This document shows positions 1 to 12,512 of a DNA stretch of 64,000 bases, one piece after another. Under the pieces are notes generated by a model. That model did not search any database, was not told the origin of the DNA, and worked only from the letters and a program-made list of their open reading frames with translations. A program made the position numbers and the translations under genes. The DNA lies in NCBI RefSeq assembly GCF_004010195.1, contig NC_057755.1:8255082-8319081 (forward strand). The letters are read 5' to 3'. This DNA is from Chiloscyllium plagiosum. Lineage: Eukaryota. How positions within the stretch are numbered: position 1 is the first letter of the stretch; the number at the start of each line of letters is the position of its first letter.

Positions 1-475
1 TCGATAATAAGGACTTTCATGACTCATCACCACAAACAGGGAGGAACAGACTATTGACGTTCAGAGCATATTTTCTGTGAGAAGAAAGATGACTTCACTA
101 TCTGTTAGGTAAAGAGCCAGATTTTGACATTAAATTCAATATTTTATCCTCATTCTCTCCAGCGTAGAGAGTGATAATTCCAGAACAAGTCTGAACAAAT
201 GCCAAAAACAGCAAATTTCATTCATGTACGAATTCCTGGCAGGTATTTCTGTGTTTAATGAAATAAAAACTGATTGGTGTGTGTAGGAATCAATTACTCA
301 CAAAACGCACGAAGAATCTCTCCAGTATGTTCTGGAGACGATTTCTGTGCCCATATTAAGAACCAGAGAATGTGACGGGCAGAAGATGAAATTCAGAACG
401 TCATTTCTATCCGAGCGCTTTGCAAGGATGCGTGTGTTGACTTCAATCGACATTGTTCGGCATGATTTGGAAAAG

Positions 476-1320
476 CCGGTGTTGGACTGGGGTGTACAAA
501 TTTAAAAATCGCAAAACACCAGATTATAGTCCAACAGGTTTATTTGGAAGCATTAGCTTTCAGAGCACTGCTCCTTCATCGGGTGGTTGTGGAGTATCAG
601 ATTGTAAGGCACAGAATTTACAGCAAAAGTTTTTCAGTGTGATGTAACTGAAATTATGCATTGAAAAAGCTGGTTTCTTTGTTACGTCTTTTATCTTTCA
701 GAATGACCATGTTGGTTTCAGTTCTTTCATATGTAAATCACAAAGCCTTTTCTTAAAGTTACATTCTCAAGAGAACTTTCACAATTGATGTCATGTCGGC
801 CCAGGTAATGCATTGAAGGTGTAGGCTGCCCTATATGAGACTGCCTGTGCCACAATGCTCAGATTGATTCTAATCTTAAAAAAATACAGAATCTTACATG
901 GATGCATGCAGTTTTTAAGCAAAATAAAATGTAATTCTGCAAGTACAAAGTCACTCCACAAACCTATATGCAATGGGGTCACCTGTGGTGTGACTTAAAC
1001 TCAAGGTCCTGGTTGAGGCCATCACCATGGGTACCAAACTCATTCAGTTTGGTACCAATGGGGATGGCCTCAACCGGAACCTTGGGTTCATGTCACACTA
1101 CAGGTCACCCCATTACACTGTACACACACACACACAGACAGATGCACACACAGAATCAGGCACAGACTCACTCCAACACATACACATGCACACACACTTC
1201 TACAGTCACATATATTCTGGTAGACCCCCTCTCATATGCTCACACATGCACTCCCACACTCATACACGCACACTCTCACAGACTTTTACTCCTTCGCACT
1301 CACACACATACACATATTCT
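476..1320 (-). mobile_element. Penelope-like element 3' remnant with inverted partial duplication and CA-rich tract
   Basis: Minus strand reads ccgatgaaggagcagtgctctgaaagcta (degenerate hammerhead core) followed by aataaacctgttggactataa. The ORF end FGT(H/N)GDGLN.. is present on both strands at 969-1117. CA-rich tract at 1122-1316. Confidence 0.7.
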
Positions 1321-2231
1321 GTCGCAGCCTGCAAGGAAAGACAGGTTTAGAAAGGAAGGGCAAAATGTGTTAATGCATGCTTGGAGGGTCAAATGGCATG
1401 TTTCTCTCTGTATTGTTCTTTGTTTTATTAGTGCGTCACTGCTCCGTACATACGAGCAATATTATACTGTAAGGAAAATAAGGCAAACTATGTCGACCTC
1501 ACTTCAACTGAATTCAAATAAAAATTACACAAAATATTTCAAAATCGTCAATATTATTCTATTATTCTTAATCACGCATTAAAAATGGACAATAATTATT
1601 ATTCCATCCAGCGACATCCGCAACACTCGAAAGAGCATATGAAAGAGCTACTACTCTCCAGTCAAAGATTGTTTCCCTGAAGTCTCTGCACGATAACTGG
1701 CATAATCAAATATAATCACGTGACGTCTCTACAGTGTGTTCGTCCAATCATCCTGACGTGCGATTTCCCTCATTTGAGCCGTTTCTCTTTTAAAGACAGG
1801 GATTCAAATATGTTTTCAAAGTTGTTGTAATCCCTCTCAGACCACATTTGCAGACAATGCATTTAAATTTGGCCATTGAATGTATCATGTGTTCTCCTCA
1901 TCTCCCACTTACAGTTTCAATCAAATATCTTGCATGATCTTCAACGTCTGGATTCTTATAATTAACAAACCAATACCTTTGCTCAGTTGAAATATATATT
2001 CGCTCTCGCAGTTTCAGCCACATTATTCGCACTGACCTGTCACCTAAGAGTCCAATGCGTTGCTGAGGAATCGGATGAGGTGGAGCTTCGGTTTCACAGC
2101 AAATAGTCCCTGGGCATGCAGATAGCCACCGGATATGGTATAATTAATCAGATGGCACAGAGAAACTGCCTTATTGGGGGTTTAAAAGTGTAACTCTTGC
2201 ACAGAGTGAACAAGTGTTACATAACAGAATC

Positions 2232-3084
2232 ATACTGCATGAGGTCTACTATTTCATAAGGATGTTTGTACTATCTCCAAATGAGTCAAAGATACCCTGA
2301 ATAGTTGTGACAATGTGTTGTCAAATGAGCGTTAGTTTATTCGGTAACATTCTCCTAACTTTGTTAGAAAATCATAGGACCAATTTACACTCAGATCCTG
2401 CAGTTGGAATTCAAGATCGGTAATCCAAATGTCATATTGAGAGAGTGCTACATTTTACAAGGTTCATAGTAAACACATAATATCCAAAAGATTTGTCCTC
2501 TGTATTGGGCACAATGATCACAATGGCCTGTAAAAAGAAAATGTCGTCCAGCTTCAAAATATCAAACTGATGCACTGGTCATCACCACAATTATGTTATT
2601 AGATCGTACTTATCTCAAAATTACCAGCATGAATTTGAAGCGCGATGAGATATTTAAGTAAGATTATTTTATTGCTTGAAATGTTCTGAGAGATGTTCTG
2701 GATTATAATAGGTTCTATGTAAATACAAACCCTTTGCTCAAATACAGCCTTCACTTTAATGAACTTTTTAAAAAAAAATTGAATAGATTCTATTTTACAT
2801 TCGACAGGAATTCTGTCCTCATACTTGGAGCAGTCTCTACATATCGTCTCCATTGCAGAAGGAGACTCAGAGACACTCAGATGCACACTGAAGGATCTAG
2901 CATTTTCCAAATGTCCTCGTACAACCAGTAGAAACATTTTTCTACTCTGCTGCGACAGGAGCTGTTACAAACTACACATCTGAGTCTTATCAGGCCAAAG
3001 GACACAGCCAAACACTGTTAACTTTGGAACTGAATGGTGCCTCTCCATCTCAAATGGCTGTCTATTTCTGTGCGTATAGTACCA
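2232..3084 (+). pseudogene. TRBV: TCR V pseudogene, family A (A1)
   Basis: Leader homolog 2232-2280 has ATA for ATG and AT for the GT donor. Acceptor AG 2806-2807. V exon reads ILSSYLEQS..TLRCTLKD, then a frameshift/deletion removes the conserved Trp; the exon ends AVYFCAYS. Confidence 0.88.
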
Positions 3085-3123
3085 CACAGTGTTTGAGCAG
3101 TTGTCTTTGCATTGTAAAGACCC
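3085..3123 (+). other. Degenerate 23-RSS of A1
   Basis: CACAGTG 3085-3091, 22-23 bp spacer homologous to the other family A spacers, degenerate nonamer (g)taaagacc(c). Confidence 0.75.
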
Positions 3124-4399
3124 ACACTCGACTCCAGGGACGCTCATAACTCATCTCCCACGAGCAGGTGGATCCAAAATATTGATGTTCAGGACACATT
3201 TTCTATATCGACGGAAATGACTTCACCATGAGACAGGTAAAGAACCAAATTTCCTCAATAAATTAGTATCCCATCTTTGTTCTTTCCAGCAGAAAGAGTC
3301 ATAATTCAGGAATGATTCTGAAAGACCATCAAAAACCGCATATCACAGTAATGTATGAATTTCCAGCAGTCATTGCAGGGTTTATTGAAATGAAACTCAC
3401 TAGCAAAATATCTGGAAATCAAATACTCTGAAAACTCACAGGAATTTCATTTTTTCCAAAAGCACACCCTACTGTTTAATTTATATCCCCTTTCTACAAA
3501 CTGAGGCCAGGTTGAGCATATTAGACGAGCAGATTCGAAGCTAACTTCGCACATCCTTCCCCAGTCTCATCAATATGTAAATAGAGCACCACAGCAATGT
3601 TGTTCAGTATTACTTTTAACTGAAAGCTGAGAATAAAGCGCTCAGTAATATTCACAGATGTGTGTCATTACAATCCAATCACACTTTTATGCAAAAGTTC
3701 AGATGCACTCAAGCTATGAAATGTTTTGTTTTAGAGAAGTCTCCTCTAATCAACTGTCAAATAGATCAGTATCACTCCCTGTGCACTGCTTCTCTGACAA
3801 TTCATCGTCCCCTTAGCCCATGCGCAGAGAATTAATTTGACAGAATAATCATAAATTTTCGGAATACCACTCACAGCATGAAACAAGGGAGAAATTTGAT
3901 GCAAGAGTGTCGCACATTTTACAACAGCACGCAATTCTTCAGATCAGAAGAATACCTTGACGGCGCTCTGTCAATACCAGCTGTTTAGATGATATCAGCA
4001 TAGTTAATTTACCCTTTGAAGACATCCTCACAGCATTACCTCTCTTGTGTCAATATATCGTGTCTTTTAAAATGTATCATTGAAATCCGTTTCCAGTAGC
4101 TAATTGTACATTAAAAAGAAACACTTCAACTGAGTTCAAACAATTGTGATCACGAAAGCATGAGTAAATTTCAAAAGAACATTGAAGTAAATTGAAATGT
4201 ATCCGTTTCAATTATGCCTTTTTAGGAAGGAGATCTGCTGTCCTGACGAGAAATAATCAGGTCAGCAGATCTGGAATAGGTGCAACACCAGACCCATATC
4301 AATATTGCAATCACTGAAACGATATTTGAAATGGTCCAGTAAACATCATAATACTAGAATTCAAAAGGGCATCTCACCACCACTCCCTCAAGTGTCATG

Positions 4400-4712
4400 G
4401 CAGACAATGGTCTCATAGTATTATTGGTGGACTGTCTGGAGGAAGCAGGAACTTTACAGGTCACGGGTTTAATGCTACTGTGGCAAATGATGGAATTTGG
4501 ATTCAATAATTAGGAATGTGGAATTATGAGTCTAATGATGACCATGAAGGAATTATCGATTTTTGGTAAAACTCGAATGTTTCACAAATGTCATTGTCTG
4601 GTCAAGCTTCTATGTGACTCCAGGCCCAATACAAAATAATCACCTCCGAAATGCGCTCTTGTCAATTAGAGATGACTGGTAAATCCTGCTGAACTGGTGC
4701 TGCACATATCCC
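4400..4712 (+). mobile_element. Degenerate Deu-domain (SacSINE1-like) SINE
   Basis: Contains tggaatt..gagtctaatgatgaccatgaa..tgtgactccag. A homologous copy sits at about 11630-11865 in the paralogous cassette. Confidence 0.55.
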
Positions 4713-5032
4713 CCGGGGAAGGATGGGCGAAGTTAGCTTCGAATCTGCTAGTCTAATATGCTCAACCACTTCTTCCTGCTCCATTACACGTTGCACTGGT
4801 CATTACACGTTGCTTTGATTGTATTTGGCTTTGCTCAAAACAGGTCGTGATGAATTTCAACAGTAATCTGACAATCAAGTTTAAAGAAAAAGCAAAATGC
4901 TCGTAATGTGTTTTAGAATTTTCTTCCTTTGCGGCAGGTTTTATATGATTACAAATTTTCTGTTTAAGTACAGTCGTTGTTCTTATGAATTCTTTATAGA
5001 AGTTTGAATCAAGTCCCTTTTATATTCGACAG

Positions 5033-5326
5033 GGAATCTGGCATCCTACGTGGAGCAATCTACTTCCATCATGTTAGTTACAGGAGGGGACTCGGTAACT
5101 CTCAAATGTATGCTCAAGGATACAGTTTACAGTGAACTTTACTGGTGCAGACAGCAACCTAATCGAACAATAGAAATTGCATTCTCCTCTGCTGCGACAG
5201 GAGCTGTTGTAAATTACACAGCTGAGTCTTATCAGGCCAAAATACACAGTGAATCGTTTTATAAGTTGGAACTGAGAGGGGCTTATCCATCACACACAGG
5301 TGCCTACTTCTGTACGTGCATCAGTG
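5033..5326 (+). pseudogene. TRBV: TCR V exon, family A (A2): open frame, but promoter and leader deleted
   Basis: Acceptor AG 5031-5032. Reads NLASYVEQS..TLKC..LYWCRQ..GAYFCTCIS. RSS is CACAGCG 5327-5333, 23 bp, ATAAAACCT. No homolog of the family A leader exon upstream. Confidence 0.85.
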
Positions 5327-7919
5327 CACAGCGTTTGAGAAAGTATCTTTGCAGCTATAAAACCTGCATCCGACTCCAAGGACGTTCAGGACTCATTTCG
5401 CATCGAGAGATGGGGACAGACAATTGATGTGCAGGGTACATTTTCAGTTAGGAGTTAGAGAATGGGAAGGAAATAAAATGGGACTTGGGCTTTTTTTTTC
5501 TCACTGCTTTGCGAAGATTCTTCTCTCAATCTCAATATCACTTTGTTCTTAACCTATCAAACAGTGAATCGTTTCCCTTCTCATGTGTCATCAAAGGTTT
5601 GTTCTAATGACATGATTAAACCCGATTCCAAACTTTTCACTCAGTCAACCACGCCTTAAAGATCTTTGCAAAGTGTTGTTCAAATGGACACATTTCCTCT
5701 TTTCTCACCAACAAAGCATTTCATTTTTTCTGAGAAACTCAATCATATCTCCCCTGAAGCCTCCCGTATTGTTCTCAAAATCTGCAAATTAGCCAGACAT
5801 TCCAAAGAGAACCAAATAATTAATACTCTGCACCCAGGATACCAGTGCATCTCATCTCTCTGGCAGATCTGTCACACCAAACAGTGCAACCACTGTTTGT
5901 TGAGACTCTTCTGTTTTTGTTTGTAATCAAGCCCCTTGAGAAAATTTCCATTTAGTGGTGTTCTGGATGCGCCAATACATAAAGTTACACAAGTGTGCAA
6001 GTTGTGTGTCCCCCTCTCCCAATACTGATCTCTTCAACTCACCAAACTCTCATTGGTTCCCATCTGCTTCAATGCATCCATGCCAATACAGTTCTCCTTC
6101 TTATTTATACTTCTGAGATTCAGGTGACTTCAGTATCTGACAGGCAAAGAAGCAGAGTCACTGTGTAACTTAAATACATTTTCGTCATTCTCTCCAGAGA
6201 GAAATGAATAAACCATGTCCCAATCTGATGGGACCAGGAAATCGGGTATCAAAGTCAAATGTTAATGGTAGGCAAGCAATGCTATATTTGATGAAAAGTG
6301 ATTGCATTATTAAAACGTTGGAAATCACTCATACTTCGCTCAATTCCAGTGTATCTCTTACTAGTCAATTTAATCTATCGTTCAACACATTGGGATTCAA
6401 ATGAAAATCTCTTTCCCTGCAGGTTCACGTCCAAATTTTCCTATCTTATGGTGATCTCATTCATATGCGACAACGGACGCACAGCAACGCTGTAGACCAT
6501 TAGCCCTCTCTGAAATGGACAAGTAAGCCACTCAATAGTATTCTTGAAGGCTTTTCAATACTGTAGTGCCGTCAAACCAAAGAGAAAGCTCAAATCTCAA
6601 GCTTTGTGATTATAAGGAATCTATAAGGAATTCTGACATCAACCCGCGAAGAGTGCAGTATTGGAGGATCAGCACTCTCTGTGTGTTGCTTGTCTGACAG
6701 TGCATCTTTCAGTTACGCCATGCCCAGTGAATTAAGTTGAAGAAACAAAACAGTTAGACATTCGTGGAAAACGATTCTGTGCATGGAACAAGGGAGCACT
6801 TTAGCCTAACATTATTGCGTGTTGCACAAAACCACAGGATTAAAATAGAACAGAATGGGCCCATGAGGTTATTTTTGCCATCAATGCCAACAATTTAGAT
6901 GGAATCAGCATAGTGCCTTATTTCTTTCAACAAAGCTCTCCCCATCTTATCTTCCTCAAGTCATTGTAAAATGTCCATGAAAAAGTGTCAGAGATATTCA
7001 TGTCAAGTAAGGCATTTTACATTTCCCGTTTTAAAAAGGTTTCAATTCAAAGGTTGTTATCATCACAGTGACCAAGAAACTGCCATTGTCTTTCAAAAAC
7101 ATGCTATTTGCCCTTCAGGTAAGGAAATCCGCCAACTTGACCTGGTCTGGAGTACATTTAACTTCAGGTCCTGTTCAATAGAGATGACTCTGAAGTGCCT
7201 TCTGAGAAGGCCCAGGCAAATAATCAAATAGCAAGGTGATAGAATAGAGCGCAAAGATTCGCGATGTCACCTCACAGCCACCTTCTCAAAGCCGAATGTG
7301 CTAGTAATAAGCATTAGCACAAATCGTGACACATGCATCTCAGGAAACAAATTGTTACTACGCTGTTTCACTGAAATCTCTGTTTTAGGAATGTCTATTT
7401 ATATTCATAAAAACGAAATTTTGCACATGTATCCCTGTCGATCTGCTTTTATTTTCCCCCATTCCAGGCACATGTCATGACGGGCATTTATCAAAGTCCA
7501 TTTCACAAATTAAATTTATTCTGCTCAAATCACGCTTTCAGACAATGCAGTTCTGATCAGAAGGTCTCAATGTATGAAACTGTCACTTCATCTTTAATTT
7601 TTCACTTTTGGTTAATTATGTTGCTCAATTTTAATGTCTGCATTGTTGGTAATGGCCGGCGAAAGGAATAATTGTCTTTGCTTGCCTGAATTATCCAAGC
7701 CTCATGAAATTTGTGCTCTTCTGTTGACATCGTCCTGCCATCTATGCGTCATTAAGAAATATGATGAGGTAGAGCTTATGTTTCGAAGTAAATGGTGTGG
7801 CATGAATGCGTTAGCAACAGAATGTGGTGTATTTAAGCAAATGGTGCAGAGAAATCTCCTTCAAAGGTGTTATTAGACTGCACCATGTTAACATGTGATT
7901 AATGTTAAATGACAAGATT

Positions 7920-8776
7920 GTGGTGCACAAAGTCTATAATCTCCTCTGGATATTTGCACTATCGCCAGATTATGAAAAGTTACACCGTGAATACAATAAT
8001 GCATTGTCAAATGAGATGCAGCACACGGTAGCTCATTCACATCTGTGTTAGACAGTCACAGGCCCGCATCTAACTCCGGATCCTTGAGTTGGAAGTCAAC
8101 ACTGACACTCGATGCATCATTCTTCAAGTTTCTATGCACTCTCAGAAGTTTCAAAGGCAACAGATAATGCTGAACAGAATTGTTCTTTTCCATTGGTGAC
8201 AATAATCATAGTGACCTCTTCAGCGAAAAGCATGCCTGCCCCAAAAATATCAAACCGAGGCAACCCTTTCAAATGGCATATGTAGTTGTCATTGTCACGC
8301 AGTTGTTATGGAACCTTGCTTTGCTGGAAATAATATATTCATAGTGACTAGATGTTTCAGTAAAATTATTTCACTTTATTTAATGTGCTAAAATACGTTT
8401 CTAGATTGCGGCATTTTGCATGTGAATGTAAACCTTTTCTTTAAATGCAATCCTTATTCTAATGAATTATTGTCATAACGTTGAGAGTTTTTTTCTTTAA
8501 ATTTACGTTGAACAGTGATCTTGGCCTCCTCTGTGGAGCGGTCTCTCCATGTCATGTCGATTGCAGAAGGAGAGTTGGCTACATTAAAATCCACACTGAA
8601 GCACATCGGCGATCTCCTAATGTATTGGTACAGACGGCAACAAGATCGGGAAATGGAGCACGAGATGTTACATCTGAGACCTACCAGGCTGAAAGACAGT
8701 CAAACGGATGTTCATTTTCGAATTAAGAAGTGCCTCACCGTCTCACACAACATTCTACTTCTATCATGCAGTAACT
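7920..8776 (+). pseudogene. TRBV: TCR V pseudogene, family A (A3)
   Basis: Leader homolog 7920-7968 starts GTG and has an AT donor. V exon from 8516: first Cys is Ser, MYWYRRQ is kept, CDR2 deletion and frameshifts follow. RSS is CACAGCG 8777-8783, 23 bp, ACAAAAAAC. Confidence 0.87.
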
Positions 8777-8957
8777 CACAGCGTTTGAGAAAGTGACTTT
8801 GCAGCCACAAAAAACCTGCATCAGCCCCCAGGGACACTCAAGGCTCATTTCACATTAGTAGGCAGGGAGAGACTATTGATGTTCGGGGTATATTTTCAAC
8901 GTCAAAACCTCACTGTCCTCTCCTGAATCCTTCTAGTGGAGACGTTAATAACACCAG

Positions 8958-9435
8958 AACGAAGGACACGATACCCAACATGAGCAAAACTAATGTAGTG
9001 TACAAAATACCTTGCAAGGACTGCACAAAACACTATAAAGGACAAACAGGAAGACAGTTAACAATCCGCATACATGAACATCAACTAGCCACGAAACGAC
9101 ACGACCAGCTATCCTTAGTAGCCACACACGCAGACAACAAGCAACATGAATTCGACTGGGACAACACTACTATCATAGGGCAAGCCAGACAGAGAACAGC
9201 CAGGGAATTCCTGGAGGCATGGCATTCAGCCACAAACTCCATCAACAAACACATCGACCTGGACCCAATATACCAATCACTACAGCGGACAGCTGAAACT
9301 GATAACCGGAAGCGGCAGGGACAGACCACAATATATACAGGAGGAAACATCAAAGAAACGCTTCGCAGGAGGCTCCCAAGCACTGATGATGTCGCCTAGC
9401 CAGGGGACGAAACGTTTGCAGATAAATCCAGTCGC
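8958..9435 (+). mobile_element. Penelope-like element 3' fragment encoding the GIY-YIG endonuclease
   Basis: ORF 8980-9399 reads NVVYKIPCKDCTKHYKGQTGRQL..RIHEH..REFLEAWHS, i.e. VVY..CxxC..YxGQT, typical of PLE GIY-YIG domains. A hammerhead motif lies at its end. Confidence 0.88.
9378..9420 (+). ncRNA. Minimal type I hammerhead ribozyme motif of the Penelope element
   Basis: gca-CTGATGA (9383-9389), stem II gtcgcct/aggggac with one mismatch, GAAA (9409-9412), cgtt, then tgc pairing back with gca. Confidence 0.72.
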
Positions 9436-9929
9436 GTGTCACGGTTGTTCCTTAATAATCTTTCCTTGAAAATGGTGAGTGAAACACTCAGTGGTATTCA
9501 TCGACGAGTTTTATCAGAGTCCAATCCTATAATTGAGCACAAATGCAGTTGCAACTCTCAAGCATTGAAATTGATGATTTGAGAGATGACTCATTTCAAC
9601 ATCACCTTTCAAAGAGTGCAGCAGCACTTTCTCTCCTTTTCTTCTCCCTCAGTGCATCGGCCCATCAGCCATAATTCTCTGAAGTGGATTGAAAAAAAAG
9701 AGTCACACGCTGTTGGAATCAGCCTCACTCTATTAAAGAAAGGAGGGCTTAGGCCTGGAACTTTGCATGTTTCATGAAAGCACAGGATCCGACTGAACTA
9801 ACGACGACCATAAGGTTGATTCTGAGAAATTTAGCTCTTTAAATTAGATCACTACGTCCAATCTGCCCAGTGAACACACCCAGTAGTGCCCTCCAAATGC
9901 CAGAATACAGTGTCTTTTGAAATGAAGTC

Positions 9930-11350
9930 AAAGAGTTACACAACACCGAGACAGACCCTCAAGTCCAATCAGTCAATGCCAAACATAATCCCAAAATAAG
10001 CTCGTCCCACCTACCTGCTCCTGGCGAATATCCCTCAAAACCTTTCTTGTTCATGCATCTATCCAAGTGTCTTTTAAACATTGTGACTGTATCCTCATCC
10101 ACCACTTCTTCAGGAGGTTCATTCCTCACACGAACAAACCACTGTGTAAAACGTTTGTATCTCGTGTCCTTTTTTTTTTTAAGTCTCTGTCCTCTCGCCT
10201 TCAAAATGTAGCTTCAGTCTTTAAATTCCCCATCCATTGGAAAAGACCATTAACTCTACCAATACCTCTCAATTTTTCATAAACTTTTGTGAGGTCATCT
10301 CTCAATTTCCTTTGCATCAGTGAAAGAAGTCCCAGCCTATACAGTCTTTCCTTATAACTCAATCATTCCATGCCAAGCCACATCCTGGTACATCCGTTCT
10401 GAGCCCTTTGCAACTTACTGATATCCTTCCTATAAATGGGTGATCAGTACCTGATGCAATATTTAAGAAGAGGACTCACGAGTGTCTTTTATAACTTCAA
10501 AAGGACTTCCGAACTCCTATACTCAAAGGATTGGGCAACAATGGCAAGCACGCCAGCGTCAAAAAAAATTCTCTTAAACACCCTGTCGATATTTGATGCA
10601 AACTTCAAAGAATTATGTGTCTGCACACCACTGTCCCCCTGTTCCACAATACTACCTAAGGACCTACAAGGAAGTGTGTAAGCCCTACTTTTGTTTGATT
10701 ATCAAAATGCAATGCCACACATTTATCGAGATTGACCTCACTCCCGTATTTCTCTGTCCATGGACCCGTTTTATCAAGATCGCTATTTAATTTAGGAAAC
10801 ATTCTGTACTGTCTACTATGCCACCAAATTTTGCATTCTACAATAACTTACGAACGTGCTTTCGCTATTCGCATTCGAATCACTTATATAAATAAAATAA
10901 AAGCAAAAGAGGACCCGGAACATATCCTTGTGGAACACAGCTGGTGACAGGTCACCAGTCTGAAAAGTAACCCTCCACCATCACACTCCGTCTCCTGCCG
11001 GTTAAGCAATTATGAATCCAATTCGCAACCTCACACTGAATCCCATGTGACCTAACTTTACTAATTCATCTATTATGTAGACGCTCATCAAAGGCTTTAC
11101 AAACATCCAAATCAGGATGCCTATCGTTCTGCCATCATCAATCTTTTTGGTAACTTACTCAAAAAAACACTACCAAGTTTGTGAAAAATGACGTTCCTCA
11201 CCCAAAACCATCATAACTATCCGGAATCTATCCTTGCCTCTCTAAATGCCCATAATTCCTCGCTAGTATGGTCGCCTCCAACAACAATCGAAGTCAGACT
11301 CACAGGTCTACAGTCCCCCTTATTTTCAATGCAATCTTTTCTTAAACAAA
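9930..11350 (-). mobile_element. CR1-type LINE, 3' part, degraded
   Basis: Minus-strand pieces such as FTQ..VRVRNEPPEEVV..FKRHLDRCMN match the CR1 ORF2 C-terminus. Confidence 0.75.
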
Positions 11351-12408
11351 GTCTGTATCAATAAGTGACGTTTCGAGGAAATATTTGCACATTAAAATGA
11401 AATAATTCAAAGCTTGTTCCAAATAATTGTGATCACGAAACTGTGTTTAAAATACAGATACTCGTATCTGTTTCACGAATGTCCTTTTAGGAAAGCGATC
11501 TAATGTCCTGCCCACTTCAATAGGGCTGACTCTGAAGGGCTTCTGGAATGTTCCAGCAAAACCGGGGGTGAACAGAAAAGGAAAATGCAAGAAGGCATCT
11601 CAAGGATTTTCTTCTCAAGGAAAAGTGCCAGCAAAGTCCAAGTGTTATTATTGGTGGCCTGTTCATCCTGAGATACAGGAATAGTCTACGGACCTGGGAT
11701 AAATATGTTCACAAATATCGTTTCCTGTTCTCGCTTACATGTGACTCCAGACACTCAACGAAGTGCTTAGCTCCGAACTGTCGTCTTGGCAATTCGATAT
11801 AGGCAGTAAATATTGACTTTTCTGGCGATGCTTTCATTTCATGAATGACTTTTATATAAAAAAAGGCATGTACAATCAATGTTAGCCCAGCCCGGACATA
11901 GACTTGCCAAAAAATAATTAAAGAATTGGTCTCCAATTTCTTGTAAAAGTTATTTCTCCCTGAAACTCCAGTTTATCAGTTGCGCATTCATTGGTAGAGT
12001 CTCGACATTATCACGGTATTTATTTCATCTCTCTCCACCTTCTCTCTTCCTCATTCCTGATATTTCTCCTTACGTTTATTTATTTTAGTCGTTTTGAAAT
12101 GTGGTATTATTCCACTAAAACCACACTTGCAGACAATGCGTTTCAGATCATAGCATGTCGACACACGAAAAACTCCCTTCATCTCCAACTTGCACTTTTA
12201 TCTTCCATCACCTTTCATGCTTGGAATCTTGTTGCTGATAACTCAATTTTAAAAAGATCTCTGATTATCCAAACTATCTCCTCCTTGTTGAAATTTGAGC
12301 CATATTATTGACACTGCCCTGTCGTTTTGCAATACAATTGGTCACTGAAAAATGTAGCACAATAGAGCTTATGTTTCACAGCAAACAATGACGGGGAGAG
12401 AGATAGGA

Positions 12409-12462
12409 ACCGGATGTGGTATATTTCATTGGATGGAGCAGAGAAATTGCCTTCACAGGTGT
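12409..12462 (+). promoter_or_regulatory. Family A V promoter: ETS:RUNX composite, inverted CCAAT, E-box
   Basis: ACCGGATGTGGT 12409-12420, ATTGG 12428-12432 and CAGGTG 12457-12462, about 50-100 bp before the leader ATG. The composite is positionally conserved in A1 and A3. Confidence 0.6.
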
Positions 12463-12512
12463 CATGCACTGCATTTCTTTAACAGAGGGAGCCAGTGCTG
12501 AATGACAGCACC

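Noticed and set aside
968-1582. 204-aa His/Thr-rich ORF
   Set aside because: It is a translation of a CA-rich tract and a Penelope remnant.
3510-4767. Inverted repeats as ends of a DNA transposon
   Set aside because: The interior aligns in forward orientation with the paralogous A4 cassette, and I saw no target-site duplication or transposase.
4897-4937. Replacement leader for A2 (MLVMCFRIFFLCG)
   Set aside because: Its donor is phase 2, which puts V out of frame, and the matching sequence in A4 is intronic and lacks the ATG.
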